From NCBI GenBank assembly GCA_035541435.1, contig DATKNL010000010.1, positions 94,477-158,476 on the forward strand: a stretch of DNA of 64,000 nucleotides, in the 5' to 3' direction. This DNA comes from Minisyncoccota bacterium. GTDB taxonomy: Bacteria > Patescibacteriota > Minisyncoccia > UBA6257 > 2-01-FULL-56-20. A program made the position numbers and the translations under genes. How positions within the stretch are numbered: position 1 is the stretch's first letter; every line of letters starts with the position of its first letter. A model generated the notes under the pieces. That model was given only the letters and a program-made list of their open reading frames with translations. It was not told where the DNA came from and did not search any database. This document shows positions 37,299-49,649 of the stretch, one piece after another.

Positions 37299-37391
37299 AG
37301 GCCTATTATACCAGGGCGATTGTTAAAAACATATTAAAAACCGCAGGCGTATTCCCCTGCGGTTTCCTTTCGGCGGCGGATTCGCGAGTCC

Positions 37392-38117
37392 CTATTCGAA
37401 ATAGGTCCCCGTTGCGGGTGTCGAGCTCTCGAAATGGATGGACGGAGAGGAGCTCGACGTGCCGTTCGTCGGGCCGGAAGGGCTCTCGTACCACACCTGT
37501 TCGGTGATGTCGGTTTCGCCGCCGAGGAACTTCTGCGCCGTGATCTTGAAGGAATTCGGGCCGTCCGTGAGAAGCACGCTTTTCTGCCACGAGCCGTCCG
37601 GGTTTACGGGGATCTGTTCCTGGCTGCCGTTCGCCCCCTGAAGATAGAGGCTGTCGGCATCGCGGACCGTTCCTGCGAGCGTGAGTGGGTTCTGGGTTGC
37701 CGTCGCGGGGTTGCCGGCCGGGAAGGTCACGGCGAGGGTCGGCTTGCCGACGATGCGGGTGAACTGGAACGCAAGATAGATGAGGACGATCACTCCGGCG
37801 CCGACAAGCCACAGGTATTTCGGCGGGGCCATCTTCATGAAGCGGTTGCGCGGGAGCTGGTCGGCTGCGCCCGAATTGCGCGCGCCGCCCTTGAGGCGCT
37901 TCCACCACTCCTCGCCGTCGAAGTCGAGCGTCTTGCCGAGCCGGATGAGGTAGCCCCGGAAATACGGCGCCGCGGGAAGGTTGCCGAAATCGCCGCGGAT
38001 CAGATTTTCAATATGCGAGGGCGCGATCCCCGTGAGGTCGGCGACTTTCTTCAGCGAATACCCCTTGGCCTTGATGCGGTCCGCGAAGAATTGTTCGAAC
38101 GGAATTTCGTCCGGCAT
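37392..38117 (-). CDS. RodZ-like protein with an N-terminal XRE-type HTH, a single TM and a C-terminal domain.
   Basis: It has the HTH KGYSLKKVADLTGIAPSHIENLIRGD and then the TM helix YLWLVGAGVIVLIYLAF. Confidence 0.55.
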   Translation of the reverse strand: MPDEIPFEQFFADRIKAKGYSLKKVADLTGIAPSHIENLIRGDFGNLPAAPYFRGYLIRLGKTLDFDGEEWWKRLKGGARNSGAADQLPRNRFMKMAPPKYLWLVGAGVIVLIYLAFQFTRIVGKPTLAVTFPAGNPATATQNPLTLAGTVRDADSLYLQGANGSQEQIPVNPDGSWQKSVLLTDGPNSFKITAQKFLGGETDITEQVWYESPSGPTNGTSSSSPSIHFESSTPATGTYFE

Positions 38118-38179
38118 ATCGTGATTTTAGCACGGGTCGGACGAACGGGCTATCGAGGGACGGCCTTACGCCACCGCGG

Positions 38180-40411
38180 CTAGGTGAGCCGCGATTCGAT
38201 CTTTTCGATGTTCACGTCGCGGGGTTTCGCGCCTTCGCCGGGACCGATGTAGCCGCCGGATTCCATAAGGTCGAGCAGGCGCGCCGCGCGGGCATAGCCG
38301 ACCTTCAGGCGGCGCTGCAGGAGCGATGCCGAGGCCTTTTTCGCTTCGAGCACGGTCGCGAGCGCCTCGTCGAAGAGATCGTCGTCCTCGTCGCCGCCAT
38401 TCGCTTCGCCTTCCATGAACGCGTCGAAGCTCGTCGGACCCGCGATGCCGAGGTTGGCCGGTCCGCCTTTCTCGATATCCGATTCCTCGCGCTCGACGAG
38501 TTCCACCTTGTTGTTCTCGCGGACGAAATCGGCGACCGCGCGGATTTCCTCTTCTGATATGTAGGCGCCCTGGATGCGCTTGGGTTTCGACAGTTCCGCC
38601 GAGATGAAGAGCAGGTCGCCGTGGCCGAGCAGCTTCTCGGCGCCCGCGGTGTCGATGATAGTGCGCGAGTCGATCTGCGAGGCGACCTGCAGGGCGACGC
38701 GCGAGGTGATGTTCGCCTTGATGAGGCCGGTGATCACTTCGACCGACGGGCGCTGGGTCGCGAGCAGCAGGTGGATGCCGGTCGCGCGGGCCATCTGGGC
38801 GAGCCGGACGATCGAACCTTCGACTTCGCGGCCGTACGAGGTCATGAGATCGGCCATCTCGTCGATGCCGACGAGCACATAGGGCAGCGATTCCGAGGGG
38901 TGCGAACCGTTGTAGCTCTTGATGTCGCGGCTGCCCGCCTTCTGCAGCAGCTCGTAGCGGCGCTCCATCTCGGAAATCGCCCACTTGAGCACGCCGACGG
39001 CCTTCTTGTTGTCGGTGATCACGGGGCTGATGAGGTGCGGGATGCCGTCATAGATCGAGAGCTCCACGCGTTTCGGGTCGATGAGCGCCATCTTGAGCGT
39101 CTGCGGCGAGTTCTTGTAAAGGAGGGACGTGAGGAGCGCGTGCACGAGGATCGACTTGCCCGATCCGGTCGCGCCGGCGACGAGCATGTGCGGCATCTTC
39201 TCGATGTTCGCGAAGATCGGCTCGCCCGAAACGTCGCGGCCGAGGGCGAACCCGAGCGGGCCGGCCTGGGTGAAGTCCGGATAGTTCATGAGGCTGCCGA
39301 GTCGCACGAGAGCGGCGGCCTTGTTCGGCACCTCGATGCCGACGAGCGACTTGCCGGGGATCGGCGCCTCGATACGGATCGGATGCGCGGCGAGCGCGAG
39401 CGCGAGGTCGGAGTTGAGGGCCGTGATGCGCGAGAGTTTCACGCCCTCGGCGGGCTTGAGCGTATAGCGGGTGACGGCGGGTCCCACGTTGATCTCACCC
39501 ATCTCGACGGGGATGCCGAAGCTGTCGAGCGTGCGCTTGATGATGTTCGCGTTCGCATAGAGGTCGCCCGTCGTCGGCTTCGAGCTTTCCGACTTGAGGA
39601 GCGACAGGGGCGGGGGAACATAGTTCTTGAAGACGGGCGCCTTGAACTTCTTCGGCTTCGCGTCGTCGTGCGAATCCTTCTGATGCGTCACGGCGATGTC
39701 CTGCATGTCCGCATCCTTTTCCTCCTTCTCGGATTTTTTCTCATCGTCCTTCTTCTCGCCGGTTTCGGATTCCTCGGGCGCGTCCGTCCCCGTGACAAGG
39801 ATCGGTTCGTCGTCGTCAGTCTCGTCGGATCCGGCCCTGTGCGGCATCTTGATCTTCAGCGGGACGTTGGCCGTCACGAGGATGGCCGCGACCAGGATAA
39901 AGACGTTGATCACGCTCGCGGCGATCGTGCCGAAGGGTGTCCGGAGCGAGCCGAAGACGAGCCCGAGCCAGCCGCCGTTGCCCGGCGAGGCGAGCTCGAT
40001 GAGGGCCAGGAAGGAAAGCATGAGCAGGACCGATCCGAGGAGCGTCATGCCGACGATCCGGCGCCTGCCGGCCGAAAGCAGGACCACGGCGGCGAAGAAG
40101 AGCGTCGTGGGCAGGATGAAATAGCCCCATCCGAACAGCGCGTGAAGCCCCTGATAGATCGCGGCGCCGGCGGGACCGGCTTTTGCGAAGCCCGCGAGGA
40201 TCAGGATGATCGCCACGCAGAGGAAGCTGATCGCCCAGATGCTGTTTTTCGTTTCGGAATGAAGCCGGGGTTCCTGAGGTTCGCGCGTGGCGCGGCGTTC
40301 GGTCGCCGCTGCGGCCGCCTTGTCTTTGCGTCCGCCGTTTCGCGACCCGTTCCGCGCACCGTTGCCGTTCTTTTTCGCCATTATGCCTCTTATTGTACGA
40401 CATCGAGGCAT
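38180..40411 (-). CDS. ftsK: DNA translocase FtsK/SpoIIIE.
   Basis: It has N-terminal TMs, an acidic linker, a motor domain (GATGSGKS Walker A) and a C-terminal gamma-like winged helix. Confidence 0.9.
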   Translation of the reverse strand: MPRCRTIRGIMAKKNGNGARNGSRNGGRKDKAAAAATERRATREPQEPRLHSETKNSIWAISFLCVAIILILAGFAKAGPAGAAIYQGLHALFGWGYFILPTTLFFAAVVLLSAGRRRIVGMTLLGSVLLMLSFLALIELASPGNGGWLGLVFGSLRTPFGTIAASVINVFILVAAILVTANVPLKIKMPHRAGSDETDDDEPILVTGTDAPEESETGEKKDDEKKSEKEEKDADMQDIAVTHQKDSHDDAKPKKFKAPVFKNYVPPPLSLLKSESSKPTTGDLYANANIIKRTLDSFGIPVEMGEINVGPAVTRYTLKPAEGVKLSRITALNSDLALALAAHPIRIEAPIPGKSLVGIEVPNKAAALVRLGSLMNYPDFTQAGPLGFALGRDVSGEPIFANIEKMPHMLVAGATGSGKSILVHALLTSLLYKNSPQTLKMALIDPKRVELSIYDGIPHLISPVITDNKKAVGVLKWAISEMERRYELLQKAGSRDIKSYNGSHPSESLPYVLVGIDEMADLMTSYGREVEGSIVRLAQMARATGIHLLLATQRPSVEVITGLIKANITSRVALQVASQIDSRTIIDTAGAEKLLGHGDLLFISAELSKPKRIQGAYISEEEIRAVADFVRENNKVELVEREESDIEKGGPANLGIAGPTSFDAFMEGEANGGDEDDDLFDEALATVLEAKKASASLLQRRLKVGYARAARLLDLMESGGYIGPGEGAKPRDVNIEKIESRLT

Positions 40412-40442
40412 TTGCGGGAAGCGGAAATGCTATCATGGATCC

Positions 40443-41195
40443 ATGACGCCGAAGGAACTCATCGTGTTCGATCTCGACGGGACGCTTGCGCCGAGCAAGG
40501 CGCCGATGAGGCCCGACATGTCCAAGGCCCTGGCCGCGCTCCTCGCGAAAAAGAAGGTCGCCGTGATCGGCGGCGGCAGCTATGAGCAGTTCAGCCGGCA
40601 GTTCGTCGGCCGCCTCAAGGTGCCGAAAGCGCTTCTTCCCAACCTCTTCCTGTTCCCGACCACGTCGACGTCCTTCTATCGCTACCGCAACGGATGGAAG
40701 AAGGTCTATCGGAAGGTCCTCAAGGCGACGGAGAAGAAGAGGATCATGGCGGCGTTCGACGAGGCGTTCGCGAAGACGGGTTACCGGCATCCGAAAAAGC
40801 ATTGGGGGCCCATCATCGAGGACCGCGATTCGCAGATCACGTTCTCGGCGCTCGGTCAGGCCGCCCCCATTCCGGCGAAGGAGGCATGGAACAAAAAGAG
40901 CGACGTGCGTCCCGCCCTCATGAGGATCATGCAGCGGCACCTGCCTGATTTCGAAGTGCGCCGCGGCGGCCTTACCTCGATCGATGTCACGCGCAAGGGC
41001 ATCGACAAGGCCTTCGGCGTCCGACAAATTAAGAAAGTATTAAAGATCCCGATTGCGAACATGCTGTTCGTGGGGGACGCCCTCTATCCCGGCGGCAATG
41101 ACTACGCGGCGAAGAAGACGGGCATCGACTGCATCCCCGTGAAGGATCCGAGCGATACTAAAAAAGTCATTAAAAGAATCTTGACCGCCCGCTAA
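40443..41195 (+). CDS. HAD superfamily hydrolase (IIB / phosphomannomutase-like subfamily).
   Basis: It has the HAD motif I (FDLDGTL) and a C-terminal GD motif (VGDALYPGGNDY). Confidence 0.6.
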   Translation: MTPKELIVFDLDGTLAPSKAPMRPDMSKALAALLAKKKVAVIGGGSYEQFSRQFVGRLKVPKALLPNLFLFPTTSTSFYRYRNGWKKVYRKVLKATEKKRIMAAFDEAFAKTGYRHPKKHWGPIIEDRDSQITFSALGQAAPIPAKEAWNKKSDVRPALMRIMQRHLPDFEVRRGGLTSIDVTRKGIDKAFGVRQIKKVLKIPIANMLFVGDALYPGGNDYAAKKTGIDCIPVKDPSDTKKVIKRILTAR

Positions 41196-41207
41196 GGGCG
41201 GTTTTCG

Positions 41208-41723
41208 TTGACATGGGGCCGTTTTGTGGGTAGGATGGCGGTAATGCCGGAATCCTTTAACAGCTCACTCGGGGTCCGCCTTCCGGTCGACGGCGTCGTG
41301 AAGGAGATCGTCTCATTCATGAAGGCCGACCTGCTCCGCCGGTACACGATCACGATCGGGACCGACTCGGAACTGCTTGCGAACAAGCAGGCTGATTTCG
41401 TGACGGCGATCGTCGTGCACCGCGTCGGCAACGGCGGGCGCTATTTCTGGCGGCGGTTCGAGCTCGGCGCGTTCCACACGCTGCGCGACCGCATCATCCG
41501 CGAGGTCCTCATCTCGCTCGAAGTCGCGCAGAAGGTGCTCGAGGAGCTGAAACAGTTCCCGCTGCCGGAATTCGATTTCGAGATCCACGCCGACATCGGC
41601 GAGACCGGTCCGACGAAGGCGGTGATCCAGGAGGTCATGGGCATGATCCGCGCCCACAACTTCGAGCCGCGGATGAAACCCTATAGCTATGCGGCGACGA
41701 ACGTCGCCGACCGGCACGTCTGA
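41208..41723 (+). CDS. RNase H-like DUF458/YkuK family protein, tentative.
   Basis: The pattern TIGTDSE...AIVVHRVGNGGRYF resembles the YkuK/DUF458 family. The start is uncertain (MAVMPES is an alternative). Confidence 0.45.
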   Translation: MTWGRFVGRMAVMPESFNSSLGVRLPVDGVVKEIVSFMKADLLRRYTITIGTDSELLANKQADFVTAIVVHRVGNGGRYFWRRFELGAFHTLRDRIIREVLISLEVAQKVLEELKQFPLPEFDFEIHADIGETGPTKAVIQEVMGMIRAHNFEPRMKPYSYAATNVADRHV

Positions 41724-41727
41724 TTCC

Positions 41728-42342
41728 ATGAACACGAAAGGCGACACATTGGTATTCGACATCGAGACGTCGAACTTCTTCACCGACCCCGGCGTGGGAT
41801 GGGACAACTTTGCGGCGCTCAGAATTTCGGTCGTCGGCGTCTATTCGTACCTTCGGGACGAATATTTCTGCTTCGAGGAGCACGAGATGGACAGGCTCGC
41901 CGAGCTTTTTGCCGGAGCGACGACGATCGTCGGTTTCAGCATGAACCGCTACGATGTGCCGGTGCTCAACCTTTATTTTCAGAAGCTGAAGCGTCAGGCT
42001 CCGAACCTGTGGGGCATGGAGCGCGTCGACCTCCTCGAGGAGGTCGAGCTCGCGATGCGGCAGCGCATCAGCCTGAGCCGGCTCGCCGAGGCGAATCTCG
42101 GCGTGAAGAAGGACCGGCACGGTTCCGAAGCCATCGCGCTCTTTCACGACGGCAAGATGGACGAGCTCAAGGAATACTGCCTGAACGACGTGAAGCTCAC
42201 GAAGCAGCTCTATGACCTCTATCGGTCGCAGCAGCATTTCATGGTTCCCGACAAGAAGACCGGCGAGATGGTCCGCGTGGCGTTTTCGAAATCATCGACA
42301 GGGACCGGCGGGACCGTCCTTCCTGCGCAGCAGCTCTTATAG
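41728..42342 (+). CDS. DEDD-type 3'-5' exonuclease (PolB-exo-like / YprB-like).
   Basis: It has Exo I (LVFDIETSNFF) and ExoIII-like (YCLNDVKLTKQLY) motifs. Confidence 0.6.
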   Translation: MNTKGDTLVFDIETSNFFTDPGVGWDNFAALRISVVGVYSYLRDEYFCFEEHEMDRLAELFAGATTIVGFSMNRYDVPVLNLYFQKLKRQAPNLWGMERVDLLEEVELAMRQRISLSRLAEANLGVKKDRHGSEAIALFHDGKMDELKEYCLNDVKLTKQLYDLYRSQQHFMVPDKKTGEMVRVAFSKSSTGTGGTVLPAQQLL

Positions 42343-42377
42343 CCCGCTTCCGGCCCCCTCTATTATTAAAGAGGACT

Positions 42378-43571
42378 ATGGACAGGATTTATCTCGATTA
42401 TGCGGCGTCGACTCCCGTCGACCCCGAGGTGTTCGCCGCGATGGAGCCTTATTTCATGAAGAAGTTCGGCAATCCGGGCTCGCTTCACGCGTTCGGACAA
42501 GAGGCGATTGCCGCCGTCGACCGGGCCCGGGAGGCGGTCGCGGCGAGCGTCGGCGCGGATTTTCGCGACGTCATCTTCACGGCTTCGGCGACCGAAGCGA
42601 ACAACCTCGCGCTTCGCAGCGCCGTTCGGTGGGCGCGCGAATCGGGGATTGGCCGCCCGCGCATCGTCGTGTCGGCGATCGAACACGAATCGGTCCTCGA
42701 GACGGCCCGCGATCTCGAGCGTGACGGAGCGGAGCTCGTCGTGTGCCCGGTCGACGGGCATGGCGTTCTTGATATCGACGCGTTGCGGGGCGCGATCGAC
42801 GGGCGAACGGCGATCGTTTCGGTGATGGCGGCGAACAACGAGATCGGCACGATCGAGCCTGCCGCGGCGATCGCGGAAATGATCCGCGGCCACCGCGCGG
42901 AGGCGAAGTCGACGCTGCCGCTGTTCCACGCCGACGCCGCGCAGGCATTCCAGTTTTTCGACTGCCGGTTCGGCGCCGACTTCATGACGATTTCATCGCA
43001 CAAGATCTATGGACCGAAAGGCGCCGCGGCGCTCATCGTCGACGCGCGAACGGTGCCGGTGAAGCGGCTGCGCGCGGCCGCGACGGGAGGCGGCCAGGAG
43101 TTCGGCCTGCGTTCGGGAACGGAGAACGTTCCCGCGATCGTTGGGTTCGCAAAGGCGGCCGAGCTCACCGCAGCGAAGCGCGAATCCGCGCGGACCCGCA
43201 TCGGCGACTTAAGGGACGCGCTCCGCGACGGCATTAGGACGGTTGTGCCCGGCGCCGAGACGAACGGGTTTGCCGATTGGCAGACGGACGGAAAAGACAA
43301 CGCGCTCCCATCGATTTTCAACGTCTTCTTTCCGAACCGCGAGGCGCAGGACCTGCTCACCGCATTCGACCTCGCAGGCCTCGCCGCCGCATCGGGGTCG
43401 GCATGCCACTCGCGCGCGCTCGAGCCATCATATGTCATCGAGGCGCTCGGACATGCGAAGGAGCGGGCGCGATCGAGCATACGATTCAGCTTGGGACGGC
43501 CCACGACGGCAGGCGACATCGAGGGCGCCCTGCGCATCCTCCGTGAAACTTTTTCAAAAAAGGTGTCGTAA
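42378..43571 (+). CDS. Cysteine desulfurase (class V aminotransferase, IscS/NifS-like).
   Basis: It has the PLP-Lys context SSHKIYGPKG and the catalytic Cys loop SGSACHS. Confidence 0.85.
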   Translation: MDRIYLDYAASTPVDPEVFAAMEPYFMKKFGNPGSLHAFGQEAIAAVDRAREAVAASVGADFRDVIFTASATEANNLALRSAVRWARESGIGRPRIVVSAIEHESVLETARDLERDGAELVVCPVDGHGVLDIDALRGAIDGRTAIVSVMAANNEIGTIEPAAAIAEMIRGHRAEAKSTLPLFHADAAQAFQFFDCRFGADFMTISSHKIYGPKGAAALIVDARTVPVKRLRAAATGGGQEFGLRSGTENVPAIVGFAKAAELTAAKRESARTRIGDLRDALRDGIRTVVPGAETNGFADWQTDGKDNALPSIFNVFFPNREAQDLLTAFDLAGLAAASGSACHSRALEPSYVIEALGHAKERARSSIRFSLGRPTTAGDIEGALRILRETFSKKVS

Positions 43572-43591
43572 TAGGATATAAAGAGAAAACC

Positions 43592-44878
43592 ATGGAAAAC
43601 CATCAAAAAAAGCTCATTGCGATAGCCCTGCTTATCGTCGCCGCTTTTGCCGTGGCAGGCTTTACGCGGCCGCAGCACGCCCAGGCGAACGCCTTCGACA
43701 GCTTTCTGAACAGCCTGATCGCACCCTTCAAAGGGACGAGCACGGCCGGACCGCTGATCGGGGGATCGGTCCCGACGGCCTCCACCACGCCGCTCTATCA
43801 GCCGGTCGTCGACTATGAGAATGCGGTCGTGAACGCCGTGAAACAGGCGTCGCCTGCCGTCGTCTCGATCACGATTTCGGAAAACGTCCCGGTCGTGGAG
43901 CAGTGCCCGTATGATCCGTTCGGGAATCTTTCGCCCGACTTCCAGCAGTTCTTCGGCGGCGGTTCGTCGATGACGGTTCCGTGCAACAGCGGAAAGACGC
44001 AGCTGCAGCAGGTCGGCGGCGGCAGCGGCTTCATCATTTCGTCCGACGGGCTGATCCTCACGAACAAGCACGTCGTCTCGGATATCGGCGCGTCGTATTC
44101 GGTCCTCACGAACGACGGCAAGACCTATGACGCGACGGTGCTCGCGCGCGATCCGAGCCAGGACCTTGCGGTGCTGAAGATCAAGGCGAGCGGCCTGCCG
44201 ACGGTGACGCTCGGCGATTCGGGAAGCCTCGAGCTCGGCCAGTCGGCGATCGCGATCGGCAACGCGCTCGGACAGTTTTCGAACACGGTCTCGGTGGGCG
44301 TCGTCTCGGGCCTTGAGCGGACCGTGACCGCGGCCGCGCCCGACACGGGAGCCGAAGAGACGATCGCGGGCGTCATCCAGACCGACGCGGCCATCAATCC
44401 CGGCAATTCCGGCGGACCGCTGCTCAACCTGCAGGGACAGGTGATCGGCATCGATACCGCCGTCGCCGAAGACGCGCAGGGAATCGGATTCGCGATCCCG
44501 ATCAATCAGGCGAAGCGCGACATCGCGTCGGTCGAGACGACCGGCAACATCGTCGCCCCGTACCTCGGCGTGCGCTACGTGCCGCTCGATCCGGCGACCG
44601 CAAACGAGAACGGCCTTTCGGTGAACTATGGCGCATGGGTCAAGGGATCGTCGTCATCGGCCCCCGCGGTTCAGCCGAACTCGCCCGCCGCCAAGGCCGG
44701 CGTGCAGGCGGGCGACATCATCACGGCGATCGACGGAACCCCGATCGATGCGACCCATGACCTCGCGACGATGGTGAACCAGCATAGCGTGGGGGATACG
44801 GTGACGCTTACGATCAGCCGCGGCGGCAAGCAGCTGTCGGTGCAGGCGACGCTCACCCAGCGTCCGGCGGGGTCCTGA
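43592..44878 (+). CDS. htrA: HtrA/DegP family serine protease with a C-terminal PDZ domain.
   Basis: It has an N-terminal TM, the catalytic triad context (H in TNKHVV; D; GNSGGPLLN) and a PDZ domain (GDIITAIDGTPI). Confidence 0.85.
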   Translation: MENHQKKLIAIALLIVAAFAVAGFTRPQHAQANAFDSFLNSLIAPFKGTSTAGPLIGGSVPTASTTPLYQPVVDYENAVVNAVKQASPAVVSITISENVPVVEQCPYDPFGNLSPDFQQFFGGGSSMTVPCNSGKTQLQQVGGGSGFIISSDGLILTNKHVVSDIGASYSVLTNDGKTYDATVLARDPSQDLAVLKIKASGLPTVTLGDSGSLELGQSAIAIGNALGQFSNTVSVGVVSGLERTVTAAAPDTGAEETIAGVIQTDAAINPGNSGGPLLNLQGQVIGIDTAVAEDAQGIGFAIPINQAKRDIASVETTGNIVAPYLGVRYVPLDPATANENGLSVNYGAWVKGSSSSAPAVQPNSPAAKAGVQAGDIITAIDGTPIDATHDLATMVNQHSVGDTVTLTISRGGKQLSVQATLTQRPAGS

Positions 44879-45007
44879 ATGGGCCGGCACCGGGCGGATT
44901 AGCAGTCTCATCCTTAGATTGACAATGGGGCCTCGGGCGCTATAATTGTTGCATGGCGCGAAACAAATCAAGTCTCGCGGCGGTATAATAAAAGAGAATC
45001 AACCACC

Positions 45008-47695
<2,688 letters not shown>

Positions 47696-48439
47696 GGCCG
47701 CGATTTTCGCCGCCGCGTGGCTCGTCCTTCCGTTCTGGCTGTTCGCGATCGTCGCGCTCTATCTCTGTTTCGTTCCGGTCCCGCAATCAGCCACGGTTGC
47801 GGGGCCTTTTTTCGCGCTGCTCCTCGTCGCATTCCTCAATCCGCCGGGATGGACGTTCGCCGTCATCCTCGGATGCATCTTCTTCGCGCTGCTCCTCATC
47901 AAAGGGTTCATCCTGATCGACCGCGAGTCGGCCTATGAGGCCGTGATCCTGTCGATCACGTTCCTGCTCTTCCTGGCGTTCTATGAGAAAGCGGGATCGG
48001 CGATCGGCTGGGAGTCGCTCGGCTATTCGTTCGGCGTCGCGCTCGTCGCGGGATTCCTGGTTTCCAACTTCGTGCGGTTCGCCGCACCCAGTCATGTTCC
48101 GCCGGATGAGGGCGCTCTTGCGGGCGACGCCGGTGCAGAGGCGCGGGAGCCGGACGACGACGAAGCCATGGCGTCCGAAAGCCGCATCAGCCGTTTCGGC
48201 CGCCCGGCCGTCTGGCTTGCGACGCTGCTCGTTTGGGAATTCCTGCTCGCCGCGCTCTTCCTGCCGCTCGATTTCGTCTATCAGACGATCGCGGCGTTCC
48301 TCGGCGCGATCGTCGTGATCGATCTCGTACCGCAGCATCTCTTCGGGACGCTTTCGCGCGCCAAGGTGCTCGTGACGGCGAGCATCGTCTTCGTGCTCTT
48401 CGTGTTCATTCTCGGATCGGCGCGCTGGGGGCTCTAGGC

Positions 48440-49633
48440 CTAGGGGAAGACGAGGTCCCACACCATCCCGGCAACGTTGCGTGCCGGTCCCTTGAGCGGG
48501 AAGTGGTGGAGGTCGATGAAGGGCAGGCTGTTGCATTCGATCACGCCGCAGCGCGATGAGCGCCAGGACCGGGCCATGTCCTCGATCATGAAGTCGATGC
48601 CGATCAGGGGATCGTCCACGATGCGTCCGATCGCGAGAAAGAGTTCCCGGTTGTCCGGATGGACGTCCTCGACCTCGGTCGTCGATGCGCCGAACGAACG
48701 GCTTACTTTGGGATGCAGCATGACCATGGCGTTCGCCGCGGGGACGGTGTCGAGCGAATGGCCCTGCGCGGCGACGAAGGCGAGATCGACTTCGATCGCG
48801 TGGAAGACCGGCCCCTTGCGCAGGGGATTTTCGTTTTCTGCGGCGATGAGCTCGCGCAGCGAGCGCCTGCCGTCCCCGATCACGTGCGGCGGCTCGCGGC
48901 GCATGATGCCGCCGATCCGCCCGCCGATCAGCGTGATGCGAAAGACGAATCCCGGCAGCTCCTCTTCGACGACGACGCGGCGCGAGATCTCGCGCGCCTT
49001 CTTGAACGCGTGGCGGAGCGCATCAAGGGTCGTGATATGCATATAGGTGTGGCGGCTGCGCGAACCGATCGCGGGCTTCACGATCACGGGGCCGCCGATG
49101 GACGCGAAGATCGCCTCGGCCTGACGGATGGTCCGCGCGTCCCCGCCGCGGGGGACGGGGATGCCGGCCCGCCCGAACGTCCTGATGATCGCGCCCTTGT
49201 CGTCCATCCAGTCGAGGCCCGCCTCGTGGGCGAGGCGCGGGCGGGGGAGTCCGTCGAAGACGCGCGTGTCGCCGTTCTTGGTCGCGAAGAAGATGTTGCG
49301 CGGAAGGCCGAACGGCCGGAATTCGCGCATGGCGATGCCGCGGCGTTCGGCTTCCTCCCAGAGCACGCGCGAGCGGTCGGTCGTCGTGCGGTCGGGGCGG
49401 TCCGCGATGGTGCCGAAGCCGAGCGCGGCGAGGGCGCCGAACACCGGTGGTGCCAGGCGTCCGGGTTTGAGCCACGCGACGGCGGGGCGGATGAGGTTCC
49501 ATATGGCCTCAAGCGGCGCGAAGATCGTCGCGGACCAGTCGTCGACGGTCGCGTTCCACCGCTCGACGGCGTGCGAGACCGGCATCGGTCCGCAGTCGGG
49601 GCAATAGGCGTGCATGGTGCGGTCGGCCATCAT
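48440..49633 (-). CDS. ATP-grasp domain protein (RimK/cyanophycin-synthetase-like ligase), tentative.
   Basis: It has an N-terminal CPDCG motif. The layout GGPVIVKPAIGSRSRHTY...EEELPGFVFRI...IEVN-type resembles the ATP-grasp fold. Confidence 0.45.
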   Translation of the reverse strand: MMADRTMHAYCPDCGPMPVSHAVERWNATVDDWSATIFAPLEAIWNLIRPAVAWLKPGRLAPPVFGALAALGFGTIADRPDRTTTDRSRVLWEEAERRGIAMREFRPFGLPRNIFFATKNGDTRVFDGLPRPRLAHEAGLDWMDDKGAIIRTFGRAGIPVPRGGDARTIRQAEAIFASIGGPVIVKPAIGSRSRHTYMHITTLDALRHAFKKAREISRRVVVEEELPGFVFRITLIGGRIGGIMRREPPHVIGDGRRSLRELIAAENENPLRKGPVFHAIEVDLAFVAAQGHSLDTVPAANAMVMLHPKVSRSFGASTTEVEDVHPDNRELFLAIGRIVDDPLIGIDFMIEDMARSWRSSRCGVIECNSLPFIDLHHFPLKGPARNVAGMVWDLVFP

Positions 49634-49649
49634 GCACCATCATACGCCA

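Noticed and set aside
38621-40585. A 654-aa ORF antisense to ftsK. A similar long antisense ORF lies opposite ftsH (9675-10973) and opposite the ATP-grasp and oxidoreductase genes (48659-49723, 50448-51008).
   Set aside because: It is antisense to conserved genes with Arg/Gly/Asp-rich low-complexity translations.
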